In this document: positions 1-8,145 of the stretch, in pieces
Layout: each line of letters begins with the position of its first letter
Position numbering within the stretch: the stretch's first letter is position 1
Origin: a virus
DNA length: 64,000 nucleotides
Direction: 5' to 3' (one strand)
Virus record (IMG/VR): IMGVR_UViG_3300037466_003456
Location: 57,682-121,681 of that record
Notes under the pieces: generated by a model
What the model saw: only the letters and a program-made list of their open reading frames with translations
Told to the model about the DNA's origin: nothing
Databases searched by the model: none
Translations under genes and position numbers: made by a program

Positions 1-443
1 TCAAGATTGACTTCATCTTCTTCAACTTCTAGTTCATATTCAACCATTTCATCATTGGTGATATCCTTAAAATTGTGACCATCCCAATAACTATAAACCA
101 TAACAGTCTCCCAATAGCTACCGAAGGCGAATTTATTAGTGTTTGGATCATAAATAATTTTATCTTCGTAATTTTCAACATCTCCGTAAAAATCAGTTCC
201 GGTTACATTAGCTTTAATACCAATGCTTGCAAAGAATTCTTCAAGTTCTTCGTTATTATCATGATCTTCCTTGTATGCAGCGAGTTTTTCGTTTAACCAG
301 TCAAGATCTATATCCTTATCTGTTGTAAAGTCAACTTCCCAAGGTTCTTCCCCGAAGTTATAGCATTCTTTGATATCTTCTGGAGCTAGTAAATATGTGG
401 TTCCCTCTTCATAACTTGCTATCCAAAGTACTTTTTTCATCAT
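1..443 (-). CDS. Acidic hypothetical protein, truncated by the window edge
   Basis: Manually translated open frame MMKKVLWIASYEEGTTY... running off base 1; AAGGAGG RBS just upstream; not in the ORF track. Confidence 0.7.
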   Translation of the reverse strand, partial: MMKKVLWIASYEEGTTYLLAPEDIKECYNFGEEPWEVDFTTDKDIDLDWLNEKLAAYKEDHDNNEELEEFFASIGIKANVTGTDFYGDVENYEDKIIYDPNTNKFAFGSYWETVMVYSYWDGHNFKDITNDEMVEYELEVEEDEVNL

Positions 444-643
444 CCATTCCTCCTTAGATTTACTATGCCGTTTCTTTTATTGATAGTTTTATTATAACTC
501 CTTTCTGTCTTGAAAACAAGACGGTAAGGATATTGTTTTTTGCGAAAATATTCCATTAAGGTCGTTTCATAAATCGAGCCACTATTTTCATAGCTTCTTT
601 TGTTCGTAACCAACGCACTTCACGACTTCTTTTTCTTTTCATG

Positions 644-925
644 TCAACCAACCATCCTTCCTCTTCTGCTAACAGAACGTTGTATCGTTCCGGGTTTATG
701 ATAGTCAGGATCTGCACCTGGCATATCCCATCCAAACATGGCACCAACCCACATTGCCTTTGCTTCTTCAGATGTCACGCCATGAAGAAAATTCAATTCG
801 TCTGATGATTTCACATTATTTTTATCCCAATGATGAAGCCCTCTTTCGCCCAGAATAATCATCATCGTTTTTCCTGTTAATTCAGATTGAGCAAATGCAT
901 ATAACGGTAAATTGTTTTTCATCAT
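644..925 (-). CDS. Small conserved mobile-element protein (GxMFGWxxPxADP motif type)
   Basis: ORF track; GVTSEEAKAMWVGAMFGWDMPGADPDY resembles a motif recurring in Firmicutes plasmid/phage hypotheticals; function unknown. Confidence 0.5.
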   Translation of the reverse strand: MMKNNLPLYAFAQSELTGKTMMIILGERGLHHWDKNNVKSSDELNFLHGVTSEEAKAMWVGAMFGWDMPGADPDYHKPGTIQRSVSRRGRMVG

Positions 926-940
926 TATCCATCCCTTCTC

Positions 941-972
941 AAATAAAAAGACCCACCGGAATAAGGTGGGTC
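941..972 (-). terminator. Intrinsic terminator
   Basis: GACCCACC-7nt-GGTGGGTC stem followed by a T-tract on the minus strand. Confidence 0.65.
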
Positions 973-1357
973 AACTGATTTTTATAAAGTTGTGTACATC
1001 TTCACCGAATACAGTCTTCAACTTTTCTAAAGAAATCAATGTCCATGGGTCAATATCAACAGGTTTTGTATCCATAATCTCTTCGATTTTAATAGGCGTT
1101 CCATCAGCCTTTGCTACAACAGAATTTCCCGTTAAGTTTTGCTGATGGATCAAGGTCGCGATTTCTAACTCAACGAACAATTCTCTGGCTAGTTTTTCCC
1201 AATGCCTAATGATTTTTTCAGCCTGAAGCGTTTCTCTAGATAGAATCGCTTCTTCCAACATCTTGGAACCTTTGTTCAATCGAATCAAAGTAGCTTTTGC
1301 TTTTTTTAAACTTTCCTGATATTCAACGGTGCCTGCTGGGACTTTCACTGTTATCAC
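971..1357 (-). CDS. Hypothetical protein
   Basis: 128-aa ORF co-oriented with neighbours. Confidence 0.6.
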   Translation of the reverse strand: MITVKVPAGTVEYQESLKKAKATLIRLNKGSKMLEEAILSRETLQAEKIIRHWEKLARELFVELEIATLIHQQNLTGNSVVAKADGTPIKIEEIMDTKPVDIDPWTLISLEKLKTVFGEDVHNFIKIS

Positions 1358-1362
1358 TCTTT

Positions 1363-2007
1363 CTAGGATGGAATGCTTGAACTAATTCTGCTGACACCAT
1401 TTACTTTCTCTATATAAATAGAGTGGTCAGCTACCTGCATTAATGAGGTGTCATGGGTAATCATAATGTTTTGCTTTTTAAACATGTGTGTAAGTTCATA
1501 AATCAATTCGGCAAAGGCTTGTCTAGAACTTGCTGACACCATTTTACCTGGTTCATCAAGAATGATAGGACCGATTGGGGCGGGATTTAAAATTTTCAGT
1601 AATCCGAAACGAAGACCGGCAGCAATCACATCCACCACGCCACCACCTACGCTATCTTTTGGCTCAGAGCGGACATTTCCTTCTTCGTTCAATACATAGA
1701 AGGAAACAGCTGTACTATTATGAGATGTATCAATTTCAATTTCAAAAGACATGGAGTCTCCAAAAACGGACTGCAAGCATAATGTAACAATTTGTTCTAA
1801 ACCAGAAGCAATCTCGGCTCGTGCTGCTTCTGCTAACTCTTGGAGGAAAATACGAACTTCCTCCAATTTGGAAACTTCTTTTGTTAACTCTTCAAAAATT
1901 GATTCATTTCGCTGAATATCTCTTTTAAGGTCTTTGTGAGCTTGAATTAATTCTTCATGTTCTTGAATACGTCGACTGGTGATAGACAACAGACTTTCCA
2001 GTTCCAT
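1363..2007 (-). CDS. sbcC: SbcC/Rad50-like ABC ATPase, C-terminal half
   Basis: N-terminal coiled coil, signature-like SVGGGVVDV, Walker B IILDEP, H-loop ITHD; no Walker A. Confidence 0.8.
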   Translation of the reverse strand: MELESLLSITSRRIQEHEELIQAHKDLKRDIQRNESIFEELTKEVSKLEEVRIFLQELAEAARAEIASGLEQIVTLCLQSVFGDSMSFEIEIDTSHNSTAVSFYVLNEEGNVRSEPKDSVGGGVVDVIAAGLRFGLLKILNPAPIGPIILDEPGKMVSASSRQAFAELIYELTHMFKKQNIMITHDTSLMQVADHSIYIEKVNGVSRISSSIPS

Positions 2008-2276
2008 TAAACATCCTCCCCTAAGTCACGAAGGATTTCAGCCATTTGATTTTTCTTCTCTGTAATGGTCTTAGCGATTTCTTTCAAGTGCTCCATGCCC
2101 TCTTCATAAGAAGATATCTCGATTCCAGTTTCTTTTTTGATAGATTGATAAATATGCTGAATCTCACCAGTCAAGGCTTCTTTTTTACCTTGAGCCTGCT
2201 GTCCCTTCCGTTTGATTCGTTCCCCTTTGCTTTTCATATCCTCAATTTCTTTAAAAACTTCATCGAAAGTTGCCAT
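2007..2276 (-). CDS. Small coiled-coil protein between the two SbcC halves
   Basis: 89 aa, charged heptad-like; TAATG overlap with the downstream gene. Confidence 0.65.
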   Translation of the reverse strand: MATFDEVFKEIEDMKSKGERIKRKGQQAQGKKEALTGEIQHIYQSIKKETGIEISSYEEGMEHLKEIAKTITEKKNQMAEILRDLGEDV

Positions 2277-2293
2277 TTATGATTTCCTCCCCT

Positions 2294-3574
2294 TTAAATA
2301 AAAAGTGCCTCAACGTGTTCGTGACTGATAGAATCCGTCTTTTGTCCACATGTAGCACAAATGCCGGCATCATGAAACTTTGCCGCAAGCTCTAGGATGA
2401 GCTGTTTAAGCTGTGCTTCTGTTTCCTTAGTGATTTTTTTGTTGACTTCAATATCCTCTTCGTAACGCTTTATTCCTTCTAAATGGTTGAACAATATTCG
2501 GAATGTAGTTAATTCCATATCGGGAGTAACGGAATCAAGTTCAGTCAGACGACCGATATAACTGGTATCTATACCTTCTAACTCACTTTCCTTTGTTTCT
2601 AATTGCTGAAGCAGACGAGATAACTCCCGAAAATTCTCCACTTTTTCATCGATTTCTTTACGTTTGCCATCCCACGCTCGAATTTTATCCTCCGGGATTG
2701 TGTGGAGTACAGAAAGTTCAGCTTGGAGCTGTTCTAAACGATTGATAATGGGACTCAAAAAACGGAATTGTCGGACTTGATCATCGGCTTCGGCTGGCCA
2801 TTCAGTAATCAAACGGTCTGCTTTTTCGATGTCTTTTTTAAGTTGAATTAATTCTTCCTGAATATCACATAGCCTTTTTAATTGTTTCGTCATATATTCG
2901 TTTACTTCTAGGATCGATTCAATTCCTTCTTTTAGTTCTTTTAATGTTCCGATTTTCACCTGCAGCCGTTCGATTTCCACTTTCTTTTTCTCTAATTCCA
3001 GCTTTAGTTTTTTCAATTCTTTTTCAACACTATTTTTGGCTTTATTACTGGCGGTATGATCCGAATTGACCTCTGATAATGCACGATCGACCCGAGATAA
3101 TTCCTCTAAGTTTCCTAATACTTCAGCTCTTTGTTTCGGCTTCAATGACATCATAAAAGGACCTTCGGTTTGTTCGGCTATCTGAAAATAAATGCCGTCC
3201 CCCACAGGTGTAATGCCATGAGCTTTCACAATCTTTTCAGGTATTTTTTTGCCAAATCCAGAAAACGGATCTAATTTTCCATTCTCGTCTATTAGTTCAT
3301 AAAAATTGCCTTTCTTTCGGTCTCTTTTACGGATAATGGTTTTTCCGTTGGAGAGAAAAACTTTTACAATCGCTTCATTGGCCCCGTTTCGAATGAAATC
3401 TGTTCCGTCAGGACTATTTAACAAGCACCAACGGATTGCTCGGATAATCGAAGTTTTCCCTTGGTTGGATTCTCCAACAATGGCATTTAGACCATTAACG
3501 AAATCAATCGTAGTGAACTCGTGAGATTGAAAATTCGTTATTTCCAATCTCTTAATCCAAATATCTTCATTCAT
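2294..3574 (-). CDS. sbcC: SbcC/Rad50-like ABC ATPase, N-terminal half ending in the zinc hook
   Basis: IKRLEITNFQSH start, Walker A GESNQGKTS, Q-loop FQIAEQ, long coiled coil, terminal CATCGQ hook. Confidence 0.85.
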   Translation of the reverse strand: MNEDIWIKRLEITNFQSHEFTTIDFVNGLNAIVGESNQGKTSIIRAIRWCLLNSPDGTDFIRNGANEAIVKVFLSNGKTIIRKRDRKKGNFYELIDENGKLDPFSGFGKKIPEKIVKAHGITPVGDGIYFQIAEQTEGPFMMSLKPKQRAEVLGNLEELSRVDRALSEVNSDHTASNKAKNSVEKELKKLKLELEKKKVEIERLQVKIGTLKELKEGIESILEVNEYMTKQLKRLCDIQEELIQLKKDIEKADRLITEWPAEADDQVRQFRFLSPIINRLEQLQAELSVLHTIPEDKIRAWDGKRKEIDEKVENFRELSRLLQQLETKESELEGIDTSYIGRLTELDSVTPDMELTTFRILFNHLEGIKRYEEDIEVNKKITKETEAQLKQLILELAAKFHDAGICATCGQKTDSISHEHVEALFI

Positions 3575-4608
3575 GTTACTGGCGCACCTTCTTTATTTAA
3601 ACGTTTAAGTATTTCCTTAGCATCTTCATCAGTAGCAGTCGTAGGAACATCAATATATAAAGTTCCGATAAACATTCCATATTGCTTACGCTCCGGATCA
3701 TACAGACCACCATCGGGTATATTGATAAGGTTCCTATTTTTTATTCCTTTGTTGATCGGCATCTTCACTTTTTTTCCGTTAGGTAATGAAATGGTGATTT
3801 CGCCTCCTAATAAGGCTGTTTCAAAGGGAACAAGAATCTCTTGTGCCAAGTCATATTTATTTCGAATTACGTAAGTATCATTAACAGATTGCTGGAAAAC
3901 GATAAATAGATCACCGTTCTTCCCGCCATTCAATCCTGCGTCGCCCTTGTCCCGAATCCGCATTTGGAACCCTTCTGTCACTCCATCTGGAATCGGAAAG
4001 GTTATTTTTACTGCTTCGGAAACCTTTCCTTTTGTATGACAGGTTTGGCAATCTTCCCTTTGAAAATAACCGGTACCGTCGCAAGTACCGCATTCTTTTT
4101 CTGTTTTAATACTTCCAAAAGGAGTATGGGTATCAGTGAATGTATGGCCAGCACCTCCACAACGACTACACATGTTTGCGATGTCCCTGTGATAGCCGTG
4201 GCCGTCACAATCTTTGCAATTGGCTTCACGAACAAATTCAATTGTCTTTTCGGCTTGGGTTAATACTTCAGATGCGGTGAAGTATACTTTCATCTCCACG
4301 CTTTCGCCTTGTACGGGACTATGAGCACCTGTGCGATGGAAATGAAATTTACTTAACAGTTGATCAAACCCAAGGCCTTTTCCAACCGTTTTTAGTAAAT
4401 GGTCATAGCGTTCCCGTTCTTCAACATCTTTTAAGATTTCATAAGCGTTCACGACTTCCTGGTAACGCTCGACAGCATCCGGTTCTTTACATATATCTGG
4501 GTGCCACTTCTTTGCCTGTTTTCGATAAGCGACGTTGATTTCTTTTTCGGTTGCTGTTTCTTCAATTTCAAGGACTTCATAAAAGTTAATCATTTCGTGT
4601 TTCGTCAA
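3571..4608 (-). CDS. dnaJ: DnaJ/Hsp40 co-chaperone (type I-like, four CxxCxGxG-type repeats)
   Basis: J-domain NFYEVL...KKWHPD; CKDCDGHG, CSRCGGAG, CGTCDGTG, CQTCHTKG; C-terminal GDAGLNGGKNGDLFI. Confidence 0.92.
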   Translation of the reverse strand: MTKHEMINFYEVLEIEETATEKEINVAYRKQAKKWHPDICKEPDAVERYQEVVNAYEILKDVEERERYDHLLKTVGKGLGFDQLLSKFHFHRTGAHSPVQGESVEMKVYFTASEVLTQAEKTIEFVREANCKDCDGHGYHRDIANMCSRCGGAGHTFTDTHTPFGSIKTEKECGTCDGTGYFQREDCQTCHTKGKVSEAVKITFPIPDGVTEGFQMRIRDKGDAGLNGGKNGDLFIVFQQSVNDTYVIRNKYDLAQEILVPFETALLGGEITISLPNGKKVKMPINKGIKNRNLINIPDGGLYDPERKQYGMFIGTLYIDVPTTATDEDAKEILKRLNKEGAPVT

Positions 4609-4622
4609 ATCTATCCCTCATT

Positions 4623-5645
4623 TCATCCTATTTGTCTTAAATCCTCAAAACCTAGATATCTGACAACTTCGTTAAAGATTTCTGGTTTGGTTGAGTTTCG
4701 ATATTCTTCTAGGATGGCGCGAAGGTCGAGAGATTGAATATCGATGGTTCTAATGATTTCTCGGACATTTCCTTTTGCTTCTTTTAACTTTGCTAAAGCT
4801 TCTGCTTTTTTATCTATCTCTGTTCGGTCCATTACCTCTGTTCCTAACTTAGCGACAGGGCATTGAATCGGTTCGATTTCAGGAGTTCCATCGTCATGGA
4901 TGGTGATTAAGGCATATTTCGGCATACGGTTCATTTCCACATGACTAGCATGAACCCTGGCTAATGCACCCGGATTATAAACCAAACCATGGTCTGTTTT
5001 AGTGACTGGAAATCCTGTGTGCTCATGCCCTGTCAATGTCACCGTAGCACGGGTATGTTTCATTTCATCAATGACCGTATGGACAATATCATCCATAATC
5101 GGTTTAGGCGTTAACCAGCCATGCACGATATGAATATGGGGAGTTCCGTCGTATTCCTCAATGACGTAATCCCTTGAACGATGTTCTACAATTTCCTGTG
5201 TTTCAGGATCTAAGATATGTCGGTCTAACTGAGCGTAGGAACTCACGCCACTCAACTTCACCTTTTGCCCGTTTGCCTCAAAAATAATAGGCTGTCGATT
5301 TAAGATGACAAGATTAGGGAAAAAGTTTTGAAACACCCCAATGGAATTTTGATTGACCGTATTCGGGTTCATTCCGTGAATATCATGATTCCCCCAAATT
5401 CCATACATCATTTTTCCTTTTAATCCTTCGCGTATGATATTTCCTAAATGATTTACATACGACGCTGCTATATTTTCTCTATTAAAAAAATCTCCACCAT
5501 GCAAATAAGCATCTACACCTAATTCATGACCCAACCAAAAGGAATGGTTAATTTTAGCCTCTAGGGTACTGGGGAAATCATCGATTCGGGATTTTGGATT
5601 TTTGTTATCTCCATGCCAATCTGTTGTATATATAAATCTAAGCAT
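4623..5645 (-). CDS. sbcD: SbcD/Mre11-like metallophosphoesterase nuclease
   Basis: Calcineurin-like motifs TDWH, GGDFF, GNHD, VHGW, TGHEH, NPGAL; lies upstream of the SbcC halves. Confidence 0.85.
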   Translation of the reverse strand: MLRFIYTTDWHGDNKNPKSRIDDFPSTLEAKINHSFWLGHELGVDAYLHGGDFFNRENIAASYVNHLGNIIREGLKGKMMYGIWGNHDIHGMNPNTVNQNSIGVFQNFFPNLVILNRQPIIFEANGQKVKLSGVSSYAQLDRHILDPETQEIVEHRSRDYVIEEYDGTPHIHIVHGWLTPKPIMDDIVHTVIDEMKHTRATVTLTGHEHTGFPVTKTDHGLVYNPGALARVHASHVEMNRMPKYALITIHDDGTPEIEPIQCPVAKLGTEVMDRTEIDKKAEALAKLKEAKGNVREIIRTIDIQSLDLRAILEEYRNSTKPEIFNEVVRYLGFEDLRQIG

Positions 5646-6249
5646 CTTCCATGCCTCCGCCTATCGGTAGAACCAAGTTGGAAACTGGCTCTTTCATTAT
5701 GTTTTTTAACTCATCATCAAATTCAAATTCCACTACAACATCTTCATCGATTTCATCCAATGTGTCTTCATCCACATCGGGTACCTCTGTTTCTATCAAT
5801 TCTTTTTCTGTCCTAGAAAGACGGATGCCTTCTGTAATAGAAACAATTAAACGGTTCACTAATTCTTCTGTTAATACTTTGGTATCATAGGTTACTACAA
5901 GTTCTGGATAACCTGGGTGATCAATAAATGCTGTATGCATCGGGGCACTTGATTCCTTAATATAGAAATCCATGCACGCCTTAAATAATTGTCTTCCATA
6001 AGGGTTAGGAATATGGATTGGGATGGATACCAAGTTCTTCTTTGGGTCGTAAGGAAATTCGGTTCGATCCCCTACGATGGCGAAACAGACGGTATTTCCA
6101 AAGTTATTCAGCAAATCTTCATTTTTACTGGTTAACCGCCAGTGTTCCGTAAATTCCACTCGAATGGTGAGTAGGTGATTCTCGACTTTTTCCCAGAATT
6201 CTAGTTTGTAAATGTGATAATCTTGGCATTCCATTTGTACCAATTCCAC
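5638..6249 (-). CDS. Hypothetical protein with acidic C-terminus
   Basis: ORF track 5638..6297; start moved to the GTG at 6249 behind a GGAGGA RBS. Confidence 0.6.
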   Translation of the reverse strand: MELVQMECQDYHIYKLEFWEKVENHLLTIRVEFTEHWRLTSKNEDLLNNFGNTVCFAIVGDRTEFPYDPKKNLVSIPIHIPNPYGRQLFKACMDFYIKESSAPMHTAFIDHPGYPELVVTYDTKVLTEELVNRLIVSITEGIRLSRTEKELIETEVPDVDEDTLDEIDEDVVVEFEFDDELKNIMKEPVSNLVLPIGGGMEDA

Positions 6250-6283
6250 AGGACATTCCTCCCAAAGACTTAAAAAATAATAG

Positions 6284-6312
6284 GACAGGAGAACCATTTC
6301 GGCTCTCCTGTC
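6284..6312 (-). terminator. Intrinsic terminator
   Basis: GACAGGAGA/TCTCCTGTC 9-bp stem plus T-rich tail on the minus strand. Confidence 0.55.
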
Positions 6313-6318
6313 ATTCTA

Positions 6319-6687
6319 TCATAGTCCTTGATTGATTTTTGCGATATTTTGTTTTTTATTAAATATAACTATTGTTGTCAAACTTGCTACACCAGTTATC
6401 CATTTCACACTATCTAATATCATTTCTGTCATTTCTCTGCTATGCGCTTTTTCCATTTTTTCTCTTTCTATTTGCTGCGCCACTCTCTTGAACTCTTTGT
6501 CGTTCTCGATTTGCATTTTTTCAATCTCCAACAATCTTGCTTCCTTTGTTGCATGCTTTTTACAAACTGCTTCGACTATCAATCTCACAATTGCTTCATC
6601 GTGTTGATTTGCTCCTGTTTCTTGCTGCACTTCCTTAACTTCTTCCATTACTTCTTTTACTTCGCTTTGTCCTTTTTCCATCTTCAT
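6319..6687 (-). CDS. Hypothetical protein, possible C-terminal membrane helix
   Basis: 122 aa, coiled coil followed by WITGVASLTTIVIF. Confidence 0.6.
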   Translation of the reverse strand: MKMEKGQSEVKEVMEEVKEVQQETGANQHDEAIVRLIVEAVCKKHATKEARLLEIEKMQIENDKEFKRVAQQIEREKMEKAHSREMTEMILDSVKWITGVASLTTIVIFNKKQNIAKINQGL

Positions 6688-7304
6688 TCATCTCCTAAAT
6701 CGTTATTTACTTCCACATTCCTTATAACATGGTTTCTGCATTTTCTGGACTCCAGCAAGTTGGGGGTTAATGGCTTAAAATCCGTTTGAATTTTCCTCGG
6801 AACAAAGTTAGCTAACGCATGACAAAGGCTGGATTCATCGTAATAATTACCTGTCATAAACAAATGGGTCTTAAATACTAGAATGATAAAAACCTTTTGA
6901 TACTTACCGATGTTTTCAATTTCTTTGATAATGGGCTTCGTATTTCGGATGTACACTTTTGGTTTTTCCTTAATTTTGCGAAACATGGATTCTGGATCCC
7001 GTTTCATTTCATTCATTGTAAAAAATAAAGCCCCTCTTACTTCTTTTTGAGTGAGAGGGGCATGGGTCGGTTCGTATACAGACCAATGAGTATTTTGTTT
7101 ATTAAACCGAAAAACATAAGCTGCTCTTAAATTTGGAATCGTAACTAAATTTAAGATGCACCGTTTTAAACAAACGTCCATTTCGTCGTTCGTCGCAGTG
7201 CAATCAGCAATCGGCAATTCATAAATTTGCTTGGCATAAGGGTTTTTATTGATGATTGGGAACGGAGACTTCGCCAACACTTTAAGCATCATACCACCTC
7301 TCAA
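6684..7304 (-). CDS. Hypothetical protein
   Basis: 206-aa ORF overlapping its neighbours. Confidence 0.6.
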   Translation of the reverse strand: MRGGMMLKVLAKSPFPIINKNPYAKQIYELPIADCTATNDEMDVCLKRCILNLVTIPNLRAAYVFRFNKQNTHWSVYEPTHAPLTQKEVRGALFFTMNEMKRDPESMFRKIKEKPKVYIRNTKPIIKEIENIGKYQKVFIILVFKTHLFMTGNYYDESSLCHALANFVPRKIQTDFKPLTPNLLESRKCRNHVIRNVEVNNDLGDE

Positions 7305-7506
7305 TCAATCGGATTCTTACGCCACAGACACATAAGATGAATTTCAAATCCTTCCGGTAATTTCGGATATACTTCCTTTCGCATGCGGGACACACCAGCG
7401 ACCGCAATTGTTCTTGGTCAAAGGATAAATTGATATCTTTGCCTAATTCCTCTAAATCTACAAGTTGATCGCTTCTGCTGCCCAACTTTGAATTCTCGTT
7501 AACCAT
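7282..7506 (-). CDS. Small putative zinc-ribbon protein
   Basis: CPAC...CVCG; true start uncertain. Confidence 0.45.
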   Translation of the reverse strand: MVNENSKLGSRSDQLVDLEELGKDINLSFDQEQLRSLVCPACERKYIRNYRKDLKFILCVCGVRIRLIERWYDA

Positions 7507-7796
7507 TTAATCCCTCTTTCCACTTTTGGTCGAATTGCATCCCGCTTCTTCTTAATTCGTTCCGCTCTCCATACTACATACGCCATGCGCATATCATTGT
7601 CCGGCAAAACAATAATCGGCACATCATTAAAAGCTCGGATACCACAGAACCACATTAATTTTAGGAGTTCCTTCCGATTCATCATCTTAATTTGAAGAAG
7701 CTCATCCGGTTCGAAATCCATCGTTTCAAACGACTCTCTATCTTTCTCGGTTGCTCTCCCCACCTCCACTATCCTGATGTACAATTTCAGATTCAT
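7458..7796 (-). CDS. Hypothetical protein
   Basis: 112-aa ORF with GGAGGG RBS and an upstream TGTTATAAG motif. Confidence 0.6.
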   Translation of the reverse strand: MNLKLYIRIVEVGRATEKDRESFETMDFEPDELLQIKMMNRKELLKLMWFCGIRAFNDVPIIVLPDNDMRMAYVVWRAERIKKKRDAIRPKVERGIKWLTRIQSWAAEAINL

Positions 7797-7864
7797 CTTA
7801 ATCCCTCCAAATAAATAAAAAATAAGATAGAAATCCTCATGATCCCTATCTTTCTACCACCTTA

Positions 7865-7873
7865 CTTATAACA
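7865..7873 (-). promoter_or_regulatory. Candidate promoter motif TGTTATAAG (copies also at 6721, 34660, 40600 [GGTTATAAG], 50074, 60295, 62254)
   Basis: Seven copies, all on the minus strand and upstream of genes or candidate RNAs; resembles an extended -10. Confidence 0.55.
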
Positions 7874-8145
7874 TTTTTTCCCTCATACTCAGCGTTCTAA
7901 TTTTGCAATTATGATAGTATGAAATTATCAATTTAGGACTATAGTCATGCTATACTTTGAACAGGACAACTTATTTAAAAGGGCGGTGTAGATTATGGTG
8001 TATTCCTTAGTCGGCCCGAACGTGTATATGGATGTGAAAGGACAATTATTCAAGAAGGCAAGTGATGAGTTTGTTCTAATCAAAGATAAGTACACAGAGG
8101 CTGAGGACAGATATGTTGAAAAGCACGCCAACCGAAGGAGGAATC

